Shown here in pieces: positions 14,346 through 26,338 of a DNA stretch of 64,000 nt. The position numbers and the translations under genes are program-made. A model generated the notes under the pieces. It worked only from the letters and a program-made list of their open reading frames with translations. It did not search any database and had not been told where the DNA came from. Source of the stretch: Octopus vulgaris (taxonomy: Eukaryota); assembly GCA_951406725.2 (NCBI GenBank), contig OX597818.1, positions 83,390,001-83,454,000 of the forward strand. Direction: 5' to 3'. Numbering within the stretch: position 1 is the first letter of the stretch; each line of letters starts with the position of its first letter.

Positions 14346-15423
14346 TACATATGTGTAAAATCGGTCTGTGTTTTTACGTGATGTTGTTCGCTAACTCCTA
14401 CATCGCCTTATTGATTTTGATTAAACTGGACTCGTGAGTAGAACTCATGTCTCGAAACCTCGTGACATGCTTAGATTGTTGAAAAAAAAACGAGAATACG
14501 GCCCCTGGAATGGATCATTATATCTACCTCATATAGATAATTTTTTGAAACACACAAGATAAATAACCCATACCACCTGTACAATACTTTTTTAAACACT
14601 CACTTGGAATAACCCATTCCGTTGTTTATGTTTAATTACTTCGAATATTGATTTTTTGTGTGACTAATTTCTAATTTTTGCGGACTATATCACTTTATTT
14701 GACACGTGAGTAGAACCCCAGTAGACTGGAAACCTCGTGACATACTTAGATTGTTGAAATGAAATTCGATAATAGGGGCCTTCCAATGGATCCTTCTATC
14801 TAATAAATATTACTAACATTTTATTTTAACAACCCAAGGTAAATAGCCCATGCCACTTGCATGTTTTAGCGAATCAATCAGTATTTGATTCTCCTTATCA
14901 ACCGACCTAATTCTGCATTTCACTACTCAGTTTTCAACTGCTAAACATTATTATTGCATTTCCTTAGTTTGAATCTTAAACCTTAAAGACTTCATTCATA
15001 CATTTCTATAAACACTTACTCTTTTGACTGCTCATTATTCCGATAATTCTGCATTTTTACAGTTATATTTTATCTATGACAGTAGATAATTTTTTTATAT
15101 TCCACAAAGTATTTGTAGTGGCTTCATGCAGACATAGCGTGCATTCGATCCTCGATTGCCAAATTTCACTTAACACTTCAACTCATATACTTATATAATC
15201 TCTCTCACCAGCCTCCGAGAATCTTTCTCGCCAACTTCCGAAAACCTCTCTCGCCATCCTCAAAAAATCTCTCACTCCTCCAGCTGATATTTTTTTGGCA
15301 CTTTTCGTGACGGAAAATACACGTTTTGTGGCAGTTATAGTGAAATTGCTTTCTTATATCAGAGTAATAAGGCGTTTCAATAGAACATCTTCACCCCCGG
15401 GAATTACCGGGTACATCAGCTAG
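14345..15423 (+). mobile_element. Non-autonomous Helitron with an internal diverged duplication
   Basis: 3' hairpin CCCGG-GAATTA-CCGGG (15396-15411), 8-nt spacer, CTAG (15420-15423) followed by T. The 5' end lies in the TA tract and is approximate. ~14400-14580 is repeated at ~14680-14860. Confidence 0.8.
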
Positions 15424-15430
15424 TATATAT

Positions 15431-15546
15431 ATGGTTCCGGTTTCAGTCCTACAGTTTGGCACCTTAGGATAGTATCTTCTATAGCCTCGGGCCGACCAAA
15501 GCCTAGTGAGTGGATTTGGTAGACGGAAACGGAAAGAAGCCCTTCG

Positions 15547-15625
<79 letters not shown>

Positions 15626-16143
15626 ATTTGTGTGTCTGTGACAACCGATGCTTGTGAGTTTACGCCTCCGTAACTTAGCATTTCGGCAAAAGAAACCGAT
15701 AGAATAAGTACTAGGCTTACAAAGAATAAGTCTTGGGGTCGATTTGCTAAAGGCTGTGCTCTAGCTTGGCCGCAGTCAAAAGACTGAAACACGTAAAAGT
15801 TTAAAGAGGAAGAGTAAAGAGTATTGCCTCGGGCCGAACAAAGCCATGTGAACGGATTTGTTAGATGGAAACAGAAACAAGCCCGTCGTATATATAAATA
15901 TGTGTGTGTGTGTGCCTGTATGTGTGAATGTGTCTGTGACTGTGTTTGTTACCCTATATTGCTCGACAATTGATGTTGGTGTGTTTACGTCCCTGTAACT
16001 TAGCAGCCCAGCAAAAGAACCCGATAAAATATGTTCTAGGCTTACAAAGAGTATGTGCTGGGGTCGATTTCATAGACTAAAAAGTTCTCCAGCATGCCTG
16101 CAGTGAAATGCCTAAAACAAGTAGTAAAATAAAAGGAAAGAAC
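15431..16143 (+). mobile_element. Two tandem 5'-truncated group B SINEs (head, internal microsatellite, tail)
   Basis: ..GCCTCGGGCCGACCAAAGCC..GGATTTGGTAGACGGAAAC..(TA)n(TG)n..CCGTAACTTAGC..GGCTTACAAAGAATAAGTC..GGGGTCGATTT.. occurs twice (15431-15823 and 15825-16143). Confidence 0.85.
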
Positions 16144-17199
16144 ATATGGTATGCGTGTTATAGAATTTGTATTCTTGTCAGCTTCAGTCTACGCGATGAA
16201 ATTCCCTTGCATTTGTTGCGTCCTTTTATGATATAGAAGAAGCGATTCGACTGAATAGAGAACAAGAAAGCATGTCCCTGACGGAAATATATACTGGGGC
16301 TGATGCGATCGATTAAAAACCTTTTAATACGGTACCCCAGTATGGCATTAGTCCAGTATTTGTAATCTCTGAACGATTGAATGTATCGTAATTACACCAT
16401 AAAGATAGTCAGCACACACAGTTTCACATTTGCTCTTGTACGTACGCGCAAACCGATGCAGAATTCACACAGAAAATGCACGTGCATGTCCACACACATA
16501 ATTGAAGATGGTTGAAGTTTGTACATCCACATACAGGTACTCTTAGAGAACTACACATAGAGTCACATAGGTCCTATCAGGCGAACACAAATATACACAA
16601 GTGCCCACTTATATTTAAAAACATATGAATACGTCCTTTCACTTAAACATTCATACAAGCGTACACAAACATACATCCGCACACAAACAAACGAATATTA
16701 CGAGCAGAAACCAAAAGGGACTTAATTAGTATTTTACTAACCAATCAGCAAGTTATTCTGAAAACCACAATTAATCCAGTGGACAATGTTTCCAAAACCA
16801 AGTTCATTAAAATTAGAAAATGACTTCTAATTAGTAGGTTTGTCGCAGTCATCCTCTAATCAATTTTATCGATGTTGATATTTTTCTATTGATATAAACA
16901 AATTTCCAATTCACACAGATGCTAACAACAAAATGAACAAGAACTTTATCAATACAAACAACAATTATACCTGTAAACGCAAATCACCAACCTTCTCTCG
17001 CTCTACTACTGTCTCCCCCTCTCTGTCTCTCCTTCCCTCTATCATCCTCTCGCTAGCTGACTCTTTAACTCTTCGCTGTTTTTTTTAAAATTTTTGTCCT
17101 CTTCCTTTCTATTATCCTCTCTCATTATCTCCCATCTGATGTTGTGTTCTTGTTTTAATTTTTTTTAACACTTCGGGCTATTTTTCTACTCCTATTCTT

Positions 17200-17358
17200 T
17201 ATTTCGCCGCTGAATTATGCTGTTCGACGATAGAAGAACTTTGAATGGGTTAACCGATTTCATAGCACTCATGCTGAAGGGCATTTATGAAAGGTTGGAA
17301 ATTTAAAGAAGGAATTATGCACCCTATATGATTGGACTATTTAATAGTCCAATGAAAT

Positions 17359-17413
<55 letters not shown>

Positions 17414-18540
17414 TAACAACATATAACATACAGAAATGTTGGGGATAGAGGAGATCTTCCCACCGAAATCACTATTCTGCAGAGCTTGCTCATAGCAAGA
17501 GGCGTGATTATTGAAGATGTCCTCATTTGCTAATAGAGACACCGGAGACGATACTATTAAGGACAAGTACTGGGTGAACGTTGATATATTGTTGTGAATG
17601 ATTAGGTATACGGAAAAAATAATACTGGCCTGCATTTATGTCGTAGGTGAAACCAAAGAAGTTAACTTATTTAGAATTCTTTTCAAAGGAGATTGTAAGG
17701 TTTGAATTTTTGAAGAACATACTGAGGACATTCTAGGTGCGTTCAACGGACTGTCGATATAAACCAGTGGTTGTAAGGAGTCTATAATCTGTATACAAAC
17801 CTCCGGAAAGTTTGGTGAAGCGTTTTATATTTAGGGAAAGAATGAAGAATACGAATAGGTCAGAAAGCTGGGCGGAATCGGGTGAACCCATGGTAAAACC
17901 AAATGAATCTACAGACGAGTTGAGAAATCAGTAATTATTATTGAAATATCGAACTGTTTTCCTAGCCACTAGGATGGTGTCGATATCGGAGCGGGAGATG
18001 GGAGCGTATTTTCTTGCAAAGATTAGCGCCTTATATAAAAGAATTGATTATATGGAGGCACTTTAGTTGGAATTATTGAACTGAAGGAATTAGGTGTGTG
18101 ACTTATTAGAAAGGGAGTGGAACCAAGTGATGACGTCAATAGCACAATTCCAAAGTAGAACTTTAAATTACTCGTAACTAGAGGTATACTTCAGTCGGTT
18201 ACGCATTTGGCAATTCGGCCTAAGTCTGATTTTGTGGGAGAGAGTGATCTAATAAAGGGTTTAGTGGAGGATTTGGGCTAATCAACCTTCAATGTGAGGA
18301 TAAGGGTTTGATGTATATGATCCACTTCTGTTCAGTAATCAGAAGTTCGAGATGACCTTGTAGTGGAGGTTGCTAATATTCTTTTGAGCATTTCTGTGTG
18401 CTTGCTTATAATTTCCGTTGAGTTCATTGAATATGAGGATGGTATACTCAGATGTTTCGACGTTGAGGGAATAGAGATATCAGGTCATTGATTGGCAATT
18501 CATTTCGCCTTCAATTCGTTTCAGGTCCCTAATGTTTCTA
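17200..18540 (-). mobile_element. Penelope-like retroelement reverse transcriptase pseudogene fragment
   Basis: Minus-strand decayed motifs TKSDLGRIAK..DVITWF, DSFGFTMGSPDSAQLSDL (~17860-17905), GGLYTDY (from GLYRDD), VNFFGFTYDINAGQY..YINVH, ANEDIFNNHASCYEQAL; many stops and frameshifts; boundaries approximate. Confidence 0.8.
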
Positions 18541-19824
18541 AGCCACAAATGTGGTGAAACATCAATCTCCGTGACTAATGAGTGAGATTTGGGGTAGGTT
18601 GTCTTGCTTGTCCATGAATTTCACGTGTTTTAACAATCGGCACTTTGACTGGGGCATCCCCACCGCGTCAAATTGCCGTCTACAGGTGAACAAGCTGGGT
18701 ACGTACATTCGTACAATCGTACATTGCGTGCGTGTGATCGATAATATACATAGATGCATACATACATGCACACATTTATACATACATACACACATACATA
18801 CATACCTACATACATACATATATACATACATACATACATACTTACATGCATTCATGCATGCATAAATACATACATCTTTACAGTACGCAAATGTGCAACG
18901 CGCTTATAAGATTATAAAAGATACTACAATCTACGCTCCGTCACCTAAAGTATATCTCCATATCAACAGCTTTTACTTACTCACTCGTCAGTCACTCTTA
19001 CTCAAATAGACACAATGTTCACGGACAAGATGCAGCGGAGGTTGTACTACACTTGCCAACCTTTCAAACTATAACTACAGTGAAGACTGCACTCGTCTAC
19101 CAACGGTATGTCCCAACAGAAAATTGAAGAATATTATATATATCTTGCAGTAATATGATGAACTCCGCCAATCATTTCACTATGGACCCCGTGTGAAGTG
19201 CATCCATCAGTTGAATATGACCTCCTCTGTATACCTATATATTTCTTACACTAATCAGGACACTGAACGGAGCTGGAATCCCTGCGCGTAGCTGTGATGT
19301 TGCAATTGCTTAATCATATCCAACTCTGCATCATTCTTGCAGCATGTCACAGTGATTATGTATTCAAGCCGTGCCTAAACTCTTGTACGAGGAATACACG
19401 GAGCATGTATTTTCAACATGATTACCTACCCAATCATGGCTTCCAACACTGACATATATAGACTTATTTATCTAGAACTAAATTCCGGTAACGACTCGAT
19501 ATTACATCAATGTGTTCGAAGATTATCCTGAAAAGTATTAGCATTATGAGATAATGTAGGAAAAATTGGGGATTTGCAGGCTAAGCAGCATCACCGCGCA
19601 CGAAGACAATATATAATGGAATTTAAATGAAATTTAAATCCATGTAATTTAAATCCAAGCTTAAGGAGAATATTTAACCAGATGTGCAATTTCGCTCATC
19701 TGCCTTTTGGTAACCTGTCCATCCGTACATATGTATATTCCTTTATATCTGTGTACCATATATTTTCAACAACATTACTCATGTTTAAAACTTGTTTCTA
19801 GTATTTATTCCTCTTAAATTAAGT

Positions 19825-20030
19825 CTGCGAGCTGGCAGAGTCGTTAGCACGCCAGCTGAAATGCTTAGCGGTATTTCAACCGCCTTCATGACATATGTTC
19901 AAATTCCACCGAGGTAGACCTTGCCTTTAATTCTTTCAGTGTCGATTAAATAACTACCAGTCAAATACTGTGGTCGACGTTAATGACTTACTCTTCCCAA
20001 GAAATTGCTGGCATTGTGCCAAAATTTAAA
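19825..20030 (+). mobile_element. Group C SINE, diverged
   Basis: GCGAGCTGGCAGAGTCGTTAGCACGCC..AAATGCTTAGCGGTATTTC.. is homologous to 38408-38639. Further copies at ~21510-21660(-), 22040-22240(+), 34110-34260(+), 55215-55390(-), 58800-58970(-). Confidence 0.8.
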
Positions 20031-22237
20031 ATCCATATTTATTCATCATAAAGAATTTCCATTTTCTTTCTCCAACTCATTTGTCTTCTGTATAATATAA
20101 TACAAATCCCAGACACTTTGTGCTGTCAGAGTACCATTTTAGGTGTAATTATCTTCGTATATAAAATAATATATAATGCTATTTATTCTGATAATTTTCT
20201 CCCAGAGGAAAGGCCAATTCAATCCATCAATATTTCTACTGTAAATTGACGACCAATTTTAAATTATATATACCCTCACTATTTCCTTTAATACTAGCCG
20301 CTTTTTTGCCTTATCTCTTTTCCCAAACATAACATTGATGTATAAATTATTTCCTCGGAGATTCACTTTTATTTGCTCATAGACAAAATTCTTTTTCTTC
20401 AAATCATAATTATAATCCATAACTAAGCAATACTTGCCTACATATTTAGTTGTTTCTTGAGAACACAAACATAATTACTATAAGCTGGTGTGCTACTACA
20501 CATTCCAAACACTTATCTGCTAATACAACCCTGTTACTATTAGAAACACACATCTTATACATCTGTAACATAAAAATTACGGCATTTAATTAACGTTCAA
20601 AAAACCATGTGATCAAAAGTTAAGATATTTAATAATCTGTTTCTATGAGAAATTAATATTTAGCTTTTGCTTATCTCAGTAACATGCGCACTGCTACAAA
20701 TGAACTAGGCCACCAAAAATCCTACCAATCAGATTACAATTTAGTAATCTTAGTAGAACTCATAGAATCTTGAATTAAAATCCCTACTTATCCCCCCCCC
20801 CCATTTTATTCGTCTATAACACCATTTCTCAACAGTTCTCTTACAGCGATTTTACTAATACCATCATTCAAAACTAATCACAATTCCACAGAGATATATG
20901 ATAAGTGACAGATTTCTTGCAGAAAACCTCTAAGAGCAACATAAATACCACCAATATATCAACCATCAGTAGTCTTAAATAAATCCAATTTATTCTTATC
21001 GCGTATTCTTATTCGAAAATACATGACATTGTACGCATAAATCCTACAATGGACCTACGTAACTTGCCGATTTTTTTTACTCCTTTGTAAAACCCTTTCC
21101 TAGAAATCGCATAAAATATAAAATATAATGTTATTGGTTTTATATTTCCTCTTTTTGGTCGAAGCATTTGATAATTTATACGCTATCGACTTTTCTTATC
21201 ATACTCTTTCACCGTAATGCAAATAATTAAAATTATATTTTTATAGAATTTATTTTTATATACTTAAAAAAAAAACACGCAAACAAGGCAATTAGACAAA
21301 AGCTTATAAAATAAAACAACAGTAAATTTCAATATACATAAATTCAATTCGCTCAAATCAAAGTATAAATGTCACTCTTTGTATTATTTAAAAAGTAATG
21401 AAACCGTTAATTTCCTTAGAAACAGAATGCTAACACGTTATAAGCTGCACATCGTTTTAGTAATAACAAACACAAAAACTACTACTAATAATAATAAGAC
21501 GAATATTTGGTTTTAAATTTTGGCGTAGGGGCCAACACTTTTGGGGGAAGCACAAAGTCGATTACATTGACCTCACTATTCAGCTGGTACTTACTTCATC
21601 GAGCCCGAAAGGATGAAAGTCAAAGTCGAGCTTGGTGGATTGTGAATTCAGAACATGTTAACGGTAGTAATAAGTGTATAAACAAAGCACGTGCCCTGTG
21701 TCTTTGATAACGTTTTCATAATTACATTTTCTTTCACATACACTACGGTGTAGGACATCAGCAAATAGTTTCATATAAGTCTTAAATAAGGGATTCGATT
21801 CCTTTTGAGTTGATCAATGTGCGTAGTATTGAGGAGCAATAATAAATAACGAAATATCAGTATCTACATCTCGAGGATTCATCCGTCTATGACATCCAGC
21901 TGCTCCTTAAAACACAGCATTATGTTGGGAGTCCTCCCAAATACGGCATATAAACAAAACACATACTCTATTTATGAGTTATCGATAATGTGTACATTAT
22001 CTAAGATGTTTTCATTCGTAATCTAATATATATGTGTGTGTAAACGTTAGCACGCCGGGCGAAATACATTGCTGTATTTCGTCTGTCTTTACGTTCTGAG
22101 TTCAAATCCGGTGAGTACGACTTTGCGTTTCATCATTTCGGGGTCGATAAATTAAGTACCATTCGCGTACTGGGGTCGATTTAATCTACTGAACCCCTTC
22201 CCCAAAATTTGGTGCCTTGTGCCTAGAGTAGAAAAGA

Positions 22238-22284
<47 letters not shown>

Positions 22285-22329
22285 TGTTTATATATATATA
22301 CATACACACACACACATATATATTCTTTG

Positions 22330-22740
22330 TATTTTTACTCCTTTCAAACATAAATTGCGGATAAGCTGCGGTACGGCCTGGAACCTTTCGTCGAATGAAT
22401 CGACCTGGTACATCATTTTTAAGCCTGATACTTATCCTGTCAATCTTTTGTCGAACTCTTAAGTCATGGGGACGTAAACACCCCGACGTCTGTTGTCTAG
22501 CAGTGGCGAGGGACATACACATACGCACGCACATACACACATGCATACATATGTACGACGGACTTTCCATCTACCAAATCCGTTCAACAAATTCCGTCCA
22601 CTTTCCGTCTACCAAATCCACTGGCAATGTTTCGGTCGGTCCGAGGCTTTAGTAGAAGACACTTGCCCAACGTGCAATGTAGTGGGACTGAATCAAGAAC
22701 CACGTTGTTGGGAAGCACATTTTAACCATACAAATTATGC
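22330..22740 (-). mobile_element. Group B SINE
   Basis: Reverse complement of the group B head (..AGTAGAAGACACTTGCCCAA..GTGGGACTGAA..) and tail, separated by a CA-rich tract. Confidence 0.8.
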
Positions 22741-22797
22741 TTGCAAATATACTTGCATGCATACACATACGCGCGCACACACACCTATATATAAATA

Positions 22798-24044
22798 TTA
22801 GGCCATCCCATAAATAATGCGGTTTCTTTATACTTCTTTTATTTTTCAAAATTAAGATAAACAAAGTTATTTTTTGATCAGAAACATACTATCCTGCAAT
22901 TTCTTCAATGTTCTTCCATCTGTTTGGTAGACTGCCAGGCCCATCTTCCAAAATTGTCTTGTCCTTGACGAAAAATAGTTCACCAGTACTGTTGTGATCC
23001 CCTCTGCAGAATTCATAATTTTCCCGCCCAAATGATTTTGAAGACTGCGGAGCGGATGATGATCAGAGGGGCAATGCCCGACAAATATAGTGGGAGGTGC
23101 ATCGTTTCCCATTCAAACTGCTCCAGCTTTTGAAATGTCATCCTCGTTGTATGTGGTCGAGCATTATCCTGATGGATGAACACTTTTCGACTTGAAATCA
23201 AAGGTGGTCGTTCTCCTAGCCGCTCAAGCTGTTCGCAGCAGATCTCCTCTGTTATTGGGTTTGGGTTTAAAAGTTCAAAGTGACTAATCCTTTCATATCG
23301 CACCAAAGAGATAACAACACTTTATGTTGGGTGAAGACTTTCTTTAGCCTAAGGTTCCTGTGATTCTTCTTTCTCTACGCACTGTCTTCAGTGCTTGACA
23401 TTTTTATAGAAAACGCTTTTCTTGTCACCAGTCAATATTTGACCCAAAAATGGTTCATTCGTGAGGTTTGACAGCAAAGAAGTGCACACATTCATACTCT
23501 GCACGCTATTAGACTCGGAAAACTATTGAACCAATTTGCTGGCTTTTCGGTTGTTACGCAATTGTCGATGAGTATTTGAATGACCAAATCCAAGCCAATC
23601 TGCTAGGTTATCAACAGTAACGATGGGATGTTGTTCCACAAGGGTTTGCAGGCCTCCGCGTCGAGCTCTACAGATCTTTCAGGACGAGGGTCGTCTTCTA
23701 GGCTGTTGTTTCGGGCTCGGAATTTCTGGAGTCATATTTGACATTGGCTTACGCTTATTGTCCGATTCCCATATACTGTTATAATATTCCTCGTACTTCC
23801 CGTTACCTTTATTGAACTCTGAAAGCAAAATATGCCGAATATGTTCCTTCGTCACTTCAAATATAGCTTTGAAAAAATAACTGCTAAAATCTAACTGCAC
23901 TCTTCAAAACTTGCACTAATAATAAGGATAAGGTAAAATTACTACCTGCTTTTATAGCAAATTCATACAGTTAGTTTATTCCGTCCCCTTCCGAAGTTTA
24001 GTTCATGCATTTGAAAAATCCGTATTATTTATGAGATGACCCAA
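22798..24044 (-). mobile_element. Full-length (~1.25 kb) mariner element with a pseudogenised transposase
   Basis: TIRs TTAGGCCATCCCATAAATAATGCGG / CCGTATTATTTATGAGATGACCCAA with TA on both sides; minus-strand motifs KEHIRHILLSEFNKG, HQDNARPH, decayed YSPDLAP region and PSDHH..RSLQNHL; multiple frameshifts. Confidence 0.95.
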
Positions 24045-24189
24045 TATATATGTATGAATATCTATGCATATATAAATATATACTATTGAAGAAGTTGCAA
24101 GAAGCAATGAAAATTTTAGAAAAACTAAATACGTAAATGAATGGAAACCAAACCGGTGACTGTGGTAATTAATAAGACATTAAAACAGA

Positions 24190-24482
24190 ATGACCCTCCC
24201 CAGACAGAATAAAATCTATACAAAATTTAGCTCGAAAATAACACAGTGGAGACTGAGGTTAGCTGGACATGCTCACCGTCATTCAGACTTGATACTACAC
24301 TCAGTGCTCCTGTGGGACCCCTACACGAGCAAACTAGAAGCGGGAGACCGAAGATCACATATATTGATGCCCTGAAAACAGACATGGATCTCTGAGAGAC
24401 ACAGGACACAGTAGCGATGATGAGGGACAATGGCCACTGGAGAGAACTCGTCTATAGATCTCGGGAATTTTACTCGCCCTAG
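24190..24482 (+). mobile_element. RTE-group LINE 3' end fragment
   Basis: SSKITQWRLRLAGHAHRHSDLILHSVLLWDP..RSGRPKITYIDALKTD..MMRDNGHWRELV, typical of the RTE C-terminus (GH..R, GRP, WR). Confidence 0.8.
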
Positions 24483-24566
24483 ATATATATATATATATAT
24501 ATATAGATATAGATATAGATAAATGAAAGAATGGAGTCGAACGGCGATTTAACAAAATTCCTTTAT

Positions 24567-24647
24567 TCTCGACATATGTTTCGAAGACCGCATATTCCTA
24601 ATTCCGAAGGAATAAAGGGTGCATTATGCTGTCTTCTCATCAGGAAA
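24567..24647 (-). ncRNA. Type I hammerhead ribozyme motif with long stem II
   Basis: Minus strand TTTC-CTGATGA-GAAGACAGCATA...TATGCGGTCTTC-GAAAC-ATAT-GTC-GAGA; 11 of 12 stem II pairs, GUC triplet. Confidence 0.88.
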
Positions 24648-25205
24648 GACAAGGAACTTATGTCAGCATCATGACGAACAAAAACTTTTAGATCACTGCC
24701 CACACGGAGTCCATAGTGATAATGAGTGTTTCTTTTAAATATTCCGTTATAAGCAGTGACGTCAAAATTGGTTGGATGGATAAGATTCTAAAAAGTTCAA
24801 GAGTTCAAAAATGGTTGGAACGGGTAAGATCTAAGAATAGGGGGGTGACAGAGTGCAATTCGTATGTATGGTGATGCGTTGTTGTTTACTTCTGCCAAAA
24901 GATTGAGTGCCTATGTGTGTGTATGTATATAACTGCATTCGTGTCTATGTGTGTGCGTGATTGTTTGTGTCGGGGTATAAATACCATATACATCTAGTGG
25001 TGAAGTGACAGGTTTGTGTCTGTGTGTTTGATTGTGCTTATGATAGAGAGAGGGAGAGAGAGAGAGGGGGAGAGGTAGAGAGAACATACCCCAACGAATT
25101 TGGTAGTAGGCCTTCAAGTAATAGAGTATAAAAAAATTTGTCTATGGTGTTGTTGTAGATGTGGAACCAAATTATTAAATTCAAGGAGGTTATCTATATT
25201 AATCA

Positions 25206-25958
25206 TCATTCATATGAGTGGAAGGTGTGTTTCTGCCAGTGCATGCATCTATAGGATTTTTCTACTATTGTGTTTACTAAAGGGAATTTGGCGAAAAGTA
25301 TATAGAAAAGCTCGGAATTACAGACGGCACAATATTTTCTGCCCTTATCAAAAGGAAAGGATACAGACAATATGGACCATTCCAGCTGGAAAGTTATATT
25401 GCTGTCCTTAAGACGCCAAACTAATTTACTTAGTCCTGTACTTAGTTGTTTCCTCTTATCTCGGAAAGTTGAATAATGATTGGAAATCCTCTGGGATAAT
25501 TTAGAAGTAGTCGCCCCAACATAGAAGAAGACACCGGTACCGGAAGAAATCCTACACTGGTAGATGGAATTTCTAATTTTGGAATTACTGGACAAGAACT
25601 TTAATCTATTAGGGTTTGCCTCCGAGACTAAGACGGAGTTTTTATTGTTATGATTGCTGTTAATATAACTGCAAGCACTGACCACTATACTATTTCTATT
25701 ATTGTTATTATTATTAATTGTACTATCGCCTGTAATATCCCTGACTATAGAAATGCTGCCGTTGTTATCATCAATACTACCACTGTTATTAGAAATGCTG
25801 TCGTTGTTACCACTAACACTACCACTGTTAATAATCGGACTAATATTATTATTAATATTACCACTGTAAATGCCAACGCTGTTATGAATGTTGCTATTAT
25901 CAATACTATTTCTATTATTATTATTGTATGTTTGGTTGGAATTGGTAAGAATAGTGTT
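25206..25958 (-). CDS. PLE ORF C-terminal part: uninterrupted GIY-YIG endonuclease domain (no start codon or RT in this copy)
   Basis: SIYQCRI..FFYVGAT..QRISNHYSTF..LSKLVWRLK..LEWSIL..YCAVCNSE..LVN..RCMHWQKH retains the Y, Y-x-G, R, H, E and N residues and the Cys/His pattern of PLE endonucleases. The first ~43 aa of the listed 293-aa ORF are SINE and (CA)n read-through. Confidence 0.85.
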   Translation of the reverse strand, partial: NTILTNSNQTYNNNNRNSIDNSNIHNSVGIYSGNINNNISPIINSGSVSGNNDSISNNSGSIDDNNGSISIVRDITGDSTINNNNNNRNSIVVSACSYINSNHNNKNSVLVSEANPNRLKFLSSNSKIRNSIYQCRISSGTGVFFYVGATTSKLSQRISNHYSTFRDKRKQLSTGLSKLVWRLKDSNITFQLEWSILSVSFPFDKGRKYCAVCNSELFYILFAKFPLVNTIVEKSYRCMHWQKHTFHSYE

Positions 25959-25983
25959 GTGTGTGTGTGTGTGTGTGTGTTTA

Positions 25984-26290
25984 TGGAGGCTCAATGGCCC
26001 AGTGGTTAGGGCAGCGGACTCGCGGTCGGAGGATCGCGGTTTCGATTCCCAGACCGGGTGTTGTGAGTGTTTATTGAGCGAAAACACCTAAAGCTCCACG
26101 AGGCTCCGGCAGGGGTTGGTGGCGAACCCTGTTGTACTCTTTCGCCGCAACTTTCTCTGACTCTTTCTCCTCTAGGCCTGCTCGCTTAGCCAGTGAGGTG
26201 GCGTCATTTGAAGGCTAAAACAATGCCAAGCGCATTGTGATCCTCGATGTGTAGCAACATCTGATAGCCTGGTCGGTCACGGTGATCACG

Positions 26291-26294
<4 letters not shown>
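25984..26294 (+). mobile_element. tRNA-derived SINE, group A, tail type 3
   Basis: Same head and body; tail ..GTGGCGTCATTTGAAGGCTAAAACAATG..CTGGTCGGTCACGGTGATCACGGTGA also occurs alone at 45876-45953 (-). Confidence 0.9.

Positions 26295-26338
<44 letters not shown>

Larger units (their letters stand above)
24521..25958 (-). mobile_element. 5'-truncated Penelope-like element: Asn-rich linker, GIY-YIG endonuclease, 3' UTR and HHR-bearing terminal repeat
   Basis: GIY-YIG ORF followed ~560 bp downstream by an HHR; 3' end abuts a (TA)n/(TAGATA)n tract at 24484-24520. Confidence 0.88.

Noticed and set aside
20100-21100. Possible LINE endonuclease remnant (GDFNSR on the minus strand)
   Set aside because: One short motif in heavily decayed sequence is insufficient support.
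24083-24122. TTGAAGA-AGTTGC..GCAAT-GAAAATTTTA hammerhead-like string
   Set aside because: Core mismatch and no stem I; could arise by chance in AT-rich DNA.
25959-26087. N-terminal part of the 293-aa ORF as a fusion protein
   Set aside because: It is antisense SINE plus (CA)n read-through with no ATG start.
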